DNA of 64,000 nt from the human T2T-CHM13v2.0 reference genome, Homo sapiens: the NCBI RefSeq assembly GCF_009914755.1, contig NC_060935.1; one strand, 5' to 3'. Shown piece after piece: positions 40,533-53,534 of this stretch; position 1 is the first letter of the stretch; each line of letters starts with the position of its first letter. Made by a program: the position numbers and the translations under genes. The notes beneath the pieces were generated by a model. The model did not search any database. It was not told the origin of the DNA and saw only the letters and a program-made list of their open reading frames with translations.

Positions 40533-41439
40533 GGGAACACTCTCATCTCTTATTTCTTTCCCTGTGTTACCTTTCCACAGGCCTCTTTTGTATCTCTCAA
40601 AGTCTTGAGCTTCATCCTGGGAATTTATGGAACTCATTTAAAGGTGGGCCTCAATGACCTCAAATGCAGCCAGCAGTAAATTTTAGGACATTCTCTCGAA
40701 GCTAAAGGTTACACTGTTTTCAAGTGAAAAATACCTTTTTGGAGTCATTTTTAGGAACTGAACAGGATCTTGTTTCTTATTTTCTGTTGATGTATTGGTA
40801 TATCCACATTCTCCTCTTAACTTCCTCCCTGTTTAACTTCCTATTGCTCCACCTTTTTCAGAATACCATATTCCTTCACCCTGCATTGGGCAGGGCAATG
40901 GGAGCTAAAGCTGTTGGTCCAAGAGGAACACAGCTAAATGACACAAATGGGTTATACCCACAAATCCAACATCACAGTATTGTAATCAGTATAGGGTTCA
41001 GTACTATGCATGGTTTCGGACATGGTCACTATGTCCTGAGGATTGTAGAGGCCAAGATCACCAGGGATTGGAGAGTTCAGGAAATATTTAATAGAAGAGG
41101 TTGCATTTGAGCTGGACTTCCAGGACTTTTTGTCTTTTACATGTTTGTCTGATTATAACAATAGCACATGCTTATTGATAAGTATTTAGAAAATGCAGAT
41201 GTATATAAAAAGGAAAACTATCAATCAATCATAAGCTCATCAGTCTGAGATAACCACTGTGTTTGTGTCTTTATTATAGACAATAAGTATTTTTCATGTT
41301 TTAAATGTTTTTAATTTTAAAACATTTAAACATAAAACATTTAAAACATTAAAATTAAAATTTTAATAACTTTTTAAAAATTCTATAAAGTTGATCATTA
41401 TGTAAATATGTCATTATTTATTTACACAGACTCCTGATG

Positions 41440-41695
41440 ATCATTTCATATATTCATCTAATAAATATTTACTATGTGACCACCTATGTGTTAGACATTC
41501 TAGGACTGGAGGTATAATAATATACAAGCTAGATAAAGTCATTGTCCTTGTGGAGCTTACATTCTCTGGGAAGAACAATAACAAGCAAAGAAAGAGTTCG
41601 TGTGTGTGTAAAGGGGGTTGTAGGCATGCACACATGTATATCAAGTAGTGATGAATGTATAAGGAATAGGTGCTAGAGAGTGATGGGAGATACTT
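41440..41695 (-). mobile_element. L2 3' region
   Basis: ataaatatttactatgtgaccacctatgtg...gtccttgtggagcttacattct. Confidence 0.65.
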
Positions 41696-41757
41696 CAATT
41701 CTTTCCAGCTTTTTAGTCATAAAACAAGTGCCTGGATAGCAACTCTTAGCAATAGTA

Positions 41758-42106
41758 CAGTAGTCCCCCCTTACTGGCAGTTTCACTTTCTAAGGTTTTA
41801 GCTACTTATATTTAACTGTGGTCTGAAAATAGGTGAGTACACCACAAAAATATAACTGTGCTATAATAAAATTTATGTGAATGTGGGCTCTCTTTGTCTG
41901 TCCTTTAAAATATAATTGTTTACATTATTATTATTTATTGTTAATCTGTTATTGTGTCTAATTTATAAATTGAATTTTATCAAAGGTATGTATGCATAGG
42001 AAAAAACATACTATCATGGTCTACATAGGGTTCAGTACTATCTGCGGTTTCAGGCATCCAGTGAGAGTCTTGCAACATATTACCTGAAGATAAGGGGAAA
42101 CTACTG
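41758..42106. mobile_element. MER44 (Tigger7-derived) MITE
   Basis: TIRs cagtagtcccccctta / taaggggaaactactg with TA TSDs. Confidence 0.8.
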
Positions 42107-42919
42107 TAAATGAAAATATCTGTATTGCTTCCCCCTGAACAATACTGTATGTTTCTCTTTAAATGCTTGCCTTTTTTAGGCCCAAGATGGAATCTGTGTT
42201 TTAGTGTTTTTTTTTTTTTCCATTTACTATTTGTCAGGTTGAACAATTTCGTTAGCTATTTGTATTTATTTATTTTTGAATTTCCTATTCCTGTTTTGAT
42301 GTAAATCTACAAAATTTGAACATGGAGGAAAGACATTCCAGCAGGAGGAAATGATATGAGCAAAGACACAGAGGTGGGACCCCCTAAAGTGTGCTGTGGA
42401 ATGCTGTTGATCCTAGATGAGGGTGGCCATGTTCATGTAAATGTGCACACAAGCTGAGATACATAAGAACATCCAATGATTTTGAGTTAAAATGTAGTCT
42501 TGTGTCTGGTGGTTGATCAGTAGCATTGATGATTGCTAAATATTCTGGATCCCCTTCCTTTGATTGTCCTTCTTGTGAGAGGACGATGCATCCACCCTGC
42601 TGAACTCAGGGGTGAGCATGTGAACTCCTACCAATGGCATCATGGTGGGAACAACAGCCAGAACTTTGAGACTCATCACATAATTCCCCATCTCCTCTCT
42701 GTCTCTCCCTTGAGTTTGGAAATGTTCCAGATAAAGACTACTTTTTCAGCCTAAATTTCTGAATAAAGGTGACTAATTGGTCTTCAGGGAATTTGTGTGC
42801 TGTGTTGTCACAGAAAGATAGAAAAAGAAAGATTTTCTACATATTCAAGTCTCAATACCTACTGAAAGACCTGCATAAATGCACGCTAGAGAAGGAACAG
42901 CCTTGTTGAGAAATTTCTG

Positions 42920-43095
42920 TGCCTTATCTGAACAATTTTTCCTCAGTTTTCTGTGAGCACTCACAAAGCCACCACTAGCTTTCAGGAAGTGACCACACAC
43001 CATCAAGAGGATCAGCTGCTCAGGAAGGCAGGACCAGATAAGGTATAGGCGAGCCCGGGAGCAGGCTTCAACCACAGTGGCAGGAGGAAGTGGAT
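42920..43095. promoter_or_regulatory. Candidate haematopoietic enhancer (GATA/ETS/RUNX/E-box cluster)
   Basis: CTTATCT, CAGGAAGTGACCACA, CAGCTG, AGATAAG, AACCACA and GAGGAAGTG within 175 bp of unique sequence. Confidence 0.4.
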
Positions 43096-43695
43096 TTGGT
43101 GCACTGCAGAAAGCAAGGACACTTTTAGCTAAAATGTGATGGGCACCTACTGTGCTATACACATTATCTCATTAAAGACTCACCCTTTCATCTGGGATGA
43201 AAAGCATTATCCCGTGTTTATGAAAGAAGAAACAAGTGTCAGCTCCACCTCCAGAACCTGTAAAGGCAATATTCAAAATAAGCAGAGGAAAGAATTTCTG
43301 ATAATTAGTAATATTGCATCATATATACTAAGTAGCGGGTTGGAGTAAATTTGGTGAAAAGATTGTTGTTGAACAGACTGCAAAAGGAGCACAGCAGAAG
43401 AAAAGAGCAGGAGCATAGTGGGAGCTGCAAAGCAGCTGTGCATGCAGTAGTGTTCACTGGCCCATGGGTGCCCCATCTGACTCCCACAAGAAGTCCATGA
43501 AAGCCACATTGGCACACACTCTTCCACATTGGTGCACTCTTCCACATGCTTTCATTTATTTTTTCGTCTTCTTGCTCTTCTCTTATTCTTTAATCCAGCA
43601 AATCCAAATTATAAAGGAAATATATTTCCTCTCTAGTCTCAAGTGAGAATATTTATCAAAATTTCAGTTCCCATTACAAAATAAAATAAGTCAAC

Positions 43696-43872
43696 AATGG
43701 ACACTGGAGGCTGCTGGAAGCGGGAGGGGTAAGCATTGAAAAACTGTTAGGTACCATGCTCACTACTAGGGTGACATGATCATCCGTATTCCAAACCTAG
43801 TATCGTGTAATATACCCACATAACGAACCTGCACATGTACTTCCTGAATCTAAAATAAAAGTTAAAATTATT
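43696..43872 (+). mobile_element. L1PB/late L1PA 3' end fragment
   Basis: aacctgcacatgtacttcctgaatctaaaataaaagtt. Confidence 0.75.
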
Positions 43873-44223
43873 TAAAGTATCAGTAGACAATATGACTTAT
43901 CCTATAGACTCTTTTGTTTAACGAAGCCTAAAGCTATTGTATAAAGCCCGTAGCTAACTATAAGCCAAACTTAAATGAATAAAATAAGCACAACATTTAG
44001 CTCTTATATCTATCAATCATCTATCTATCAATCAATCTTTCTATCATCTGTCAATCATCCATTGAGCTAGGCATTCATGAGGCTTCAGATGACCCCTGTC
44101 ATCCGAAAGTGAATATTTTCTATAAAATATTGGTTTTCTAGGTCACCGTTTTCACACTGTGGGGTCATGCCTCATAACTCATTAGTGAGTGATAAAATCA
44201 ATATAATGGGTAGCAAACAGTAT

Positions 44224-44224
<1 letters not shown>

Positions 44225-44254
<30 letters not shown>
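44225..44254 (+). repeat. (CA)n microsatellite
   Basis: Direct observation. Confidence 0.95.
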
Positions 44255-44255
<1 letters not shown>

Positions 44256-44962
44256 GTAGGACAGAATAGAAAATATTGTATTTTCTCTTAACAAGACATG
44301 TCAAAAGAGAAAATGCAATTTTATAAAACTCTTGCTTCAGTACATTAGCAGACATAAAAAACTAAGTGCTAAACCAAAAATGTTTAAAAGTCTCCGTTCT
44401 ACAGTATGGTTCATATATTTTCTGAGCTAATAAAATAATTTTTAAAAACAAACATACATACATACATGCATATACCTTGTAACTGTAAGTAAGTAAATTA
44501 TTTAACTTATCTGAAAATATTTACTTGTAAGTAAATATCAACGATACAAAGTCATGATAAAGGACTATTATGAAGAATAAAATGAGAACATGTTGCACAA
44601 GTCCCTCAAACTACATCCAGCAAATAGCAAATAAATTGTAGCTATTGTTCTTATTATAAAATTACACAGAGCATAACACTAGAATCAAAAAGTTGTGAGA
44701 AGAACAAAAATATCCTTTAGTCATCTGCATTGGAGACCACTCACATGCAAGCTTAAATTCTTGGGTCCTCGCCTCTTCACTATTCTCTGCTGCAGAGATT
44801 TGCTTAGCACAGGCTTCTATCACCTGCACCATGGCCTCCCACTCCTGCCCCATGGTCTCTCAGATGCCATAGTAGGAGATGTCTGTAGAAACCAAACGGC
44901 AGGATAATTAACCCCTACGTGTCCAACCTTGTCCACTGGGGTCTGGGAACTAATTAATAATT

Positions 44963-45497
44963 TGTGGGAGCTCAGAACATGATATGTGAAAACATGGCAC
45001 TCAGCAATTGAAAAAGCTACAGGAGCTAGAAGGTCACTCTGACCACCCCCACTTTTCTGTATAAAGCATAGTTATAAAACATTTTTTTTAATCTACCTTA
45101 ACTGAAAGTAAGTCATAAGACCCGCATTCCAGAGGAGTACTGCACCAAACCTGGAGAGAAGGAATGATACACAGAGAAGCCAAGAAGAATTTGAACCTTT
45201 CAGGGCCTTTCTGGGTTCCCTCCCCCCACCTTCAGTTTATTATCATGAAGTTTCACCCTGTTTTTTGTACACTGACATTTCTACAGGACTGTCCATTCCT
45301 CATTGAACCTAAGTATAAAAATGCAGTTTTTTGGGGGGGGGGTCCTTGAGTCCTCATTTCCGAACGCTCTCATGTCACATAAAACATTGTTAAATCAATT
45401 GGCTGTGCTTTTCTCTTATGAATCTGTCTATTGTTATAGCACTGTAAGTAATAACTTACAGTGGGTGAGGAAAAATATTTACTTTTTCACTCCCACA
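44963..45497 (+). mobile_element. ERV1 solo LTR, MER39/MER34-like
   Basis: tgtgggagctcagaacatgat ... agaaggtcactctgacc ... ttttcactcccaca. Confidence 0.65.
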
Positions 45498-45664
45498 AAT
45501 TGATTCCCCCTTTGTCCCTTAGGTGGTCAGTTCCAAGATTCATGTCACAAGTTTCCTTAAAAGTTCTCTCTGAATCAAGCTTCTTTGCCTGTCACAGTAG
45601 ACAATGGGATCATACATATTTGGATTGCCTTTCTCTACTTCCTGCTTCTCTCCCCTCACCCCCC

Positions 45665-46270
45665 ATAGGGGCAATAAGGTAATAACTTTTTCTCATCCGT
45701 CATAAGGGTCACGGATGACAGTCCTGTAACAAAAGACAGATTAACAGAAAAAAAAAACCCATAAGTTTATTTAACCAGGGTTTTATGTGACCCCCATACC
45801 CAGGGAAAACTGTGTGCTTTTATTCTAAGTCTGATGAAAAAAGTGAAAAGTTGTGAAGAAGCATGATTGGACAAAGAAAGTAGAATCTAATAGTAATCAA
45901 CTGCGAGGAGACCAAGCAAGGCCTACTTGTTCAGATTATTCTTGGGCTCTCTATGTGGCATTCCTCTCTCAGCATATGGGGCAGGAACTCTAGAACAAGA
46001 CCCTCATGACCTGCTTTCAGGGAAGGTAGGCCAGAGAGTGACGTTTCTAGGTTTTATGGTTCACTTTGAGGGAGAGGAGTTCTAACTTCTATAATCTGAG
46101 GTGGGGAGAAAAATTCTTGACACATCTTGGGGGAGCGTGGGGAAAGGAAGAAGGGAGAGCATGAGAAGGTCAGAGTGACCTTTCTTCTAAGGCCTACCAA
46201 TCTCCTTCCTAACGAAATACTCAGCATGCCATGACACCATATTTTGGGATATCGTGTTCTGATCCCTGAT
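45665..46270 (-). mobile_element. ERV1 solo LTR, MER39/MER34-like, antisense
   Basis: Minus strand begins tcagggatcagaacacgatatcccaaaatatggtgtcatggcatgctgag and shares agaaggtcactctgacc with the neighbouring LTR. Confidence 0.65.
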
Positions 46271-46326
46271 ATGCTCATTTCTCTTCCCTAGAATCACTTT
46301 CCAAATATCACTTTCCAAATAAAGCA

Positions 46327-46721
46327 CAGCTGGTCCCAGACTTACAATGATTCGACTTACGATTTTTGACTTTATGATGGTTTGAAAGCCATATGCATTC
46401 TGTAAAAACTGTACTTCAAATTTTGAATTTTGATCTCTTCCCAGGCTAGCAATATACTGTACTCTACTCTTTGTCACTGGCAGCCACTGCCCCCAGTCAG
46501 CCAAGCAATTACAAGGGCAAACAGCCAGCACTCTATGGGGTTCTATGTTGTTAGATGATTTTGCCCGGCTGTAGGCCAATGTAAATGCTGTGAGCACATA
46601 TAAGTAGGCTCGGCTAAGCTACAATGTTCTGTAGGTTAGGTGTATAAGATGCATTTCTTAGCTACATATTTTCAACATATGATGGGTTTATCTAGAGGTA
46701 ACCCAAGTTAAGAAGCATCTA
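46327..46721. mobile_element. MER47 (Tigger5-derived) DNA transposon
   Basis: cagctggtcccagacttacaatgattcgacttacg ... aagaagcatct. Confidence 0.75.
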
Positions 46722-48507
46722 CCCCTGCATGCAAGCCTCTGTCTTGGGCTCTGCTCTTAAGGAGATCCAAGCTAAGAAAGTCTCCAACCTCCTTTCTTCA
46801 TACCTATCTTATTCTTTCCACTGCTAGTGTTGTTCTTAGTAATTAGAGAAAATGAACCCCAGGAAGCGAGGCTCTTAGCAATGTTATGATACACCTAGAA
46901 CACTCTGGTCTCCATTTCCAGCTTCTAGTGTCTTTTGTGAGGGAAGGAAGTAGACAGCAAGAAACCTAAAGATGTCCTTGACTTTATTAATTTGGAGATT
47001 TCAGGAATCATTGTCTTTTTCTAAAAGAGAAAACTGACAAGTATCAAAAGGAATTTTTGATGTCAAGACAAATAGGACTAGCTCCAATAATAAGCACTAT
47101 TCTTGAACAGGGCATACGTTTGCCTTGTTTGTAAATACATGGCTGCATTTCTGCTCCACCAGAGTAAGTGACATATGCAAATCCTGTATAATAATCCCTT
47201 TCTAAGAAGGCTGCTTATTTGCTTTTTATGTTTGTTTCTGTAAATTGATTAGAGAGGAATTTGTTTATACCCCAAATAAGACAATAGAGAATTGTAATCA
47301 TATTTCACCACAGGCCTCCAATTTCTGCCCTAGAGAATATAATGAAATGATGGAAACACCTCCTCCTTCTGCGGAACTGAAAGCTGTGCTTTAGGCTGTT
47401 GGCACAATTTCTGCCATGTACACCCCACCAATCATCAAATGGGCCCTAGGATTAAGATCCCTACCTTCAGGCTATGGGCCCATAGCTGCACAGTAATTGC
47501 AGTGTTGCTTGCAGTTGTGTTTGATAAGGAATTAATGACATGTGAAACATTCCGACGCATTTAGGATATCTCCTGCCTCATTGTGATTAAGGGAATCAAA
47601 ATGCATTCTGATCTAGAATTGGAGGTAGCCTAAACCCTCCATCATTCTAAAACCTACACAGTAAGCTAAGACTATTACCTTATGTAATTTGTACTTTAGA
47701 AAATAAGGACATTGAATCTCAAAGAAGAAATAATCTTCTCAAAGTCAAATACTAAGTAGGTACAAGAACGCATATTCATACTCATATCTATCTGACTCTT
47801 CAAGACCACACTATTCCATCTCACGTTAGCATTTGTGGAATAATTCCTCTGTGCTGAGCATTGTGCTATGTGTTTCTATAAGTATCTATTTTACTAGCAT
47901 CAGAATACCAACAGCTCCTGAATTTGTATAAGGTAGCTGGCCAGCCAGCTCATAGACGCATTCTCCAGCCTCCCACCAGTTATAGCCAAATATCCAGGTT
48001 CTCACCAAGGGAATATGAGCAAAAGTAATATGAGCAACTTTTGCATCACTTCTTTAAAATAAAATTACTTGTTTTCCTTTCTCTCCCTTTCTATTTTCCC
48101 TCAGGCAAGAAGCTTGACATAGCATCGATGAGCCCAAGTCAACTATATGAACAAAACAATGTCTCAGGAGGGGCAGGGTATCACGTCAGAAGAATCCTGA
48201 GTCCTTAGATGACCTTGTAGAAAAGAGCCACAAACTTACTCTGGGCTACCTTCATACCTCTGAACTATTATGCAGAGAGAAATAAATGTATTCAAATCAC
48301 TGTTTTTTGGGTTTCTTCATTCATGTAGCTTAGCCTATAACCTAAGTAATGAAACTCCAGAGAACACTGTACACATTACAAAGGAAAATCTAGAGTCAAT
48401 TTGCCAAAGTTTATGTAGCCTATGAGTGTCAAAGCTGGGATATGAACCCAAATCTTGTCTCCATTTTCAGGGCTTTTAAATCAAACAAACAGTGTAATTG
48501 ACTTAGA

Positions 48508-48698
48508 AAAGTGCTTCTCAAAGTTTAGCAAGCATCAGAACCACCTGGAAAGCTTATTACAATGCAGATTCCTGAGCCCCTTCCCTAGAGACTCTGATCA
48601 AGGAGGTCTTGGGCCAAACCTAAGAATTGGCAGTTCTAACACGCCCCCATATGATGCTGAGATTACCTGTCTAGTGACCACAGTTTGAGTATCACTGA
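48508..48698. mobile_element. MER5A-type element
   Basis: agtgcttctcaaagttt...gcatcagaaccacctgg...gaccacagtttgagtatcactg. Confidence 0.7.
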
Positions 48699-50659
48699 CA
48701 GTAACTCCTTAAACAGAGATGGAAGACAACAAAAAAAAAAAAAAAAGAGAGAAATAAGACTTTAACGTTCAAAGGACAGAAGCCCTGGGCATGACTGAAG
48801 CAAAGGGAGCAAGAACTGAATCAGGAAAATGCTGATAACAATGATGATAAGAGCCAGCAATTATTGTGTGTCATGCACTGTTTTCATTATCAGATTTGAT
48901 CCTCACACTCTATGAGGTAATTTAAACAATGCTTTTCATATATGAGGAAACTGAGGTTACTTTCTTTATATCAGACGCCATCCTTGTTACTTGTACTCTG
49001 TACAAGGTGAGCGACTAACCTGCATTTCGGTTACATAACTTCAGAATAATAGCTCTTTGATATTTTTATAAAGTAAACACTGTTCATAAAGGAGTGCCTA
49101 AAAGATATTCACTAACTCCTTTCCCTAGATGTGCTAAAATCTAACCTCCTATTGAGCTAGACCAGCCAAAATCTACCCAGACATCCCTAAGCCTGTTTTG
49201 CCCATTTGTAGCATAGTAATGCCTTACAGACACATTGTAAAAACTAAAGATGTCACGTGGAGGATGGACTCAGTAAATAGGAGAAATTACTCATGTTAAG
49301 AAGGAAGGGAATGAAGACAAATCATTCCTGAACAGAGAATTCACAGCATATTGAAGGGAAGTAAAAGGCAGCTTTAAACCTAGCATTTTTAATTATTCCA
49401 TTTCAATGTCTCTTTTCATGCTGTGCCTATTAGAATAAAATAAAATTTTCAAGTCTTTCTGGCCCCCTTCTGCCTGCTCCAAAACCTAATGGCACTTGTG
49501 GCGTTGGACCTCCTTTCAGCTAGAGTGCTGGGCTGAAGCAGTTGTGGAGAACACTTTGATCCCAGCCAGAGTAAAAGCTGAGGACATTCAGTAATAATTT
49601 GTCTTGCCTAATAATTTGAAAGTGCCTAAGGACTAACCTCAGAACATCATGACCCCAATGAATGCTTAAAAATAACAAGTTTAAGGAGAGATTGTGTGAT
49701 CCATATAATGCTGTAATGAAGTGATTGACATCAGTGTCCTGAGCTGGCTGGGGGACATGTGGAGGTGCCAGAGTATTTTCTACAGAGTATCACAGCCGTG
49801 CAAGTGGCCAGCCATGGCATTCTGCATGTTGGAACAACCCAGTGTGCTGACAGTATTCATCCCCCAACATCAGGATCTCAATAAACCCATCTGAGACCCA
49901 AATCTAAAAATCAAAGACAACTCCAACTAGATTTGATTTTCTCCCCAAAAGTCAATCCCTCCTTTTTACATAAAAGCTGACTCTGGTACATCCTGAAAAG
50001 AGGAATGGTTCTGTACCCAGGAACTAAAGTCCTAGAAACCAAGCCTGGATGCCAGCAGTAGCAGGGACATCACGCCATGAGCTGAAGAAGCACTGTTGGG
50101 TAGCCACAGACCAAATACTACACTCTTGGGAATTGTCTTTAGCTCTAAGAGAAAATGTGTCATGGGCTGTCTAAATAGTAGGGCTGCATTATTTATGTCA
50201 TATTTATGCCTTGATTTTTTTCCAAGAAGACTTGAGGTTTACTAAAATATGTGCAAAATGAGACACTGAGGATAAAAGAGGATCAAGACTTTAGTGAGAA
50301 AGAACCAACTCCCCATTCAGAAAGCTTTCATATTGGTCATGGTTTGATCTTAGGACTGCTACCTGTGTCTTATTTCCTTATCTATAACAAAAAGCTACCT
50401 AATTACCAATTTTATGTTTGTTACTAGCACTACATTATAAAGTAAGGATGGAAGTTCTCTATAAATTGATTTATCCTCCCTTCCTCTCTCAGAAAAGGAA
50501 TGCCTTAAGATTTCCAGTCTTGCCCTTTTCCGAAAGAAGGCATCTTGGTGTGAAGGAGTAGGAAAAAAAGCATCTTTTAAAAAAATCCCCGATTTGACAT
50601 GTACTACCTGGAGCACTAAACCGAGTCCACTTTCCTTTTCCTCATCTGTACAATGGATT

Positions 50660-51320
50660 TCAAAGAGGGAAACTTTGTCATATGTGACTGCATGAATGAA
50701 CCTGCAGGACATTATGCTAAGTAAAATTAGCCAGGCACAAAAGGACAAATACCACATGATCTCACTTATATGAAATGGAATCTAAAAAAACTGAAGTGAA
50801 CCTGACCTCAGGCAAGGAGTGGAGTGGTGGTTACCAGAGGCTTGGCGGGGGCAGGGGGCAGGGGGGAAGAAGGATATGCTGGTCAAAGGATATGAAGATG
50901 GAAGTTTGCTATAAATTGATATATCCTCAGTTTCTCTCTTAGAAAAGAAATGCCTTAAGTTTTCAACTAATATATAGTAATCCAAGTCATGCAAACATGT
51001 TGAAATACAAGTGAATGGGAATGCAGTTAATATATGGATAGCACTGAGACGTCCCTGAAAATTTTTTCAGACGGAGGAAATAAATGTTTTGAGATTTATT
51101 GCACAGCGTGCTGACTATTGTAATGTATATTTCAAAATTGCTAAGAGTAAATTTTAGATGTTTTCACCATAAAAAAATAAGTATTTCAAGTGATGGACGT
51201 ATTAACTAGCTTGATTTAAACATTCTACATTATATACATATATCATAACATCACTTTGTGCCCCCAAAATGTGTACAATTATTTGTTGATTTACAATCAA
51301 ATTTTTAAAAATTAAAAAAT
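50660..51320 (+). mobile_element. L1MA 3' end carrying a ~160-bp non-L1 insert
   Basis: ggacattatgctaagtaaaattagccaggcaca ... atttcaaaattgctaagag ... atcataacatcactttgtgccccc. Confidence 0.8.
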
Positions 51321-51977
51321 ATTACCTGTATCTCAGGGGTTCCATGAGGACTAAAGATGAGACTATTGATATGAAAGTCCTTGATAAAATGCAGAGCTAT
51401 TTATGAATCACAGTGTTTATTATTTTAACTATTTATAATAATTTGATATAAGTTGCATTAAACATCCTGGGAACATATTAGTGTTATAAAAACCGTAACA
51501 GTATATTAATTCTCTGAATTTTCTACCAACTCACACATATAATACACACATACATACAAACACTCACATGTTGACACACACCCAAAACAGAAATAAACAT
51601 ATCCACAGAGCCCTCTGTTTAGGTGCTTCTTTGATCCCCCAGAGTGGCCTGAGCAAAATTCCTAACCTTATGTCTTGGTACACAAGTGATTAAGAATCAG
51701 TTGTGAGTAAGGCATAAATAATATGATTCTCAAAAAATGTGGGCATTTCTGTTGCCTATAATGCAACATATACATACAGTTCTAAGATACCTTAAATCCT
51801 ATAAAATCACAAATTAAAATAATAGGACTATAGAAAACCTAGGAGTGGGACAGAACACTCAAAAGTCTATGCAACATTTTAACCACCGCACTAACAAAAA
51901 TAATAATGAAATATGTTATCAAAATACAAGCAGAGTTAAAACATCATGTTAAATTCCTAATACGTAGAGATAGCTAA

Positions 51978-52290
<313 letters not shown>

Positions 52291-52445
52291 ACTAAAGGTG
52301 ATCTGATGGAATAAAGTTTAAGCAATGGTAGATTCTACTAAGTTTGGAGATAAGGGAAAAACACACAAAAATCAAAGGTAACTGTGCAGTAAGTCCTCCA
52401 AAAATGGAGCATGTGGCAAAAATAAGCCAAGAAGAAATTATGGCT

Positions 52446-52970
52446 TGTATATCAGTTATCTATTGCTGCATATCAAACCTCCCCAAATGTAGTAACTTAA
52501 AACACCACCATTTATTAGTGTGTCTATAGGTCAGCTGACTGGTTTTACTGACCTGGGCCAGCCTTGACCGATCTCAGCAAGATGCAAGGACCGTTGCATT
52601 CGTGATCAGTCAGCAGGTCAGCAGTAGCCTGGCTAACCAAGAAGGAACTCCAGTGTGATATTCTCTGCTTGAAGGAATTTTTAAATCTTTAGCAGGTTAG
52701 TCTGGACTTATTCATGTAATGGTCATACAGTTTCAATGGAACAAATGGAATTGTGGAAGGTCTCTTGAGGCCTAGGCTTGAAACTGGTAGGCCATTAATT
52801 CTGCCCCTGTTGACTGGCCAGAACAAGTCACAGAGCCAATTCATATTCAAGGGGTGTGGAAATAGACTTCAGTTCATCATGATAGGAGCTACAAAGTGCA
52901 AAACGACATTGTAAATAGGTATAAATAGACGATGGGAGAAGAGAATTGAGCCTATTTAACAACCAATTAA
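52446..52970 (-). mobile_element. MLT1F/G-like MaLR LTR
   Basis: tgtatatcagttatctattgctgcat...aacttaaaacacc ... ggccagaacaagtcaca. Confidence 0.65.
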
Positions 52971-53325
52971 TCAATGAGAAATACATCTTGCATATGGTAT
53001 TACCTGCTTCCTCCTTCTGGGTCCCGCTGTGGCCACTTGGTGGTATAAAACACTAATGGGCTAGGAAAAAAAAATTAAAAAAATTGCTTCCACATTTTCC
53101 TGGCATTATTCCTCTATTTACAATCACACATGGACTAATTTAATTCAGATTACAAAAACATATGTTGTAGCACAACAGACCACCGTAATTTATAAATTAC
53201 TTATTTCACTAAAAAAATTTTCAGGAGAGTTTCAATGTTATCTATATATTAACAGCTTTCTCGCTCACTTGCATCCCAATATGTTTCCTTGACTTGGAAA
53301 CAAACAACTAAAGTTATATCTACGG

Positions 53326-53534
53326 CAGAGTTTCTCTGCCTTAGTTAGCACTGTTAACATATACAGCCAGATAATTCTTTGTTATATGGGATTGTTTTGT
53401 GCATTATAGGATGTTTAGCAGCATCTTTGCCCTCTACCTGCTAGCATGGGCCTCAGGTTGTAACCAAAAATGTCTCCAGACACATCCAATGTCCCCTAGA
53501 AGGAGGCACAATCACCCTCAGTTGAGAACCACTG
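53326..53534. mobile_element. MER20
   Basis: gccagataattctttgtt...gtgcattataggatgtttagcagcatc...aaaaatgtctccagaca...gttgagaaccactg. Confidence 0.8.

Noticed and set aside
46293-46320. Perfect 14-bp tandem duplication (similar ones at 8345-8381 and 43505-43547)
   Set aside because: Routine slippage duplications.
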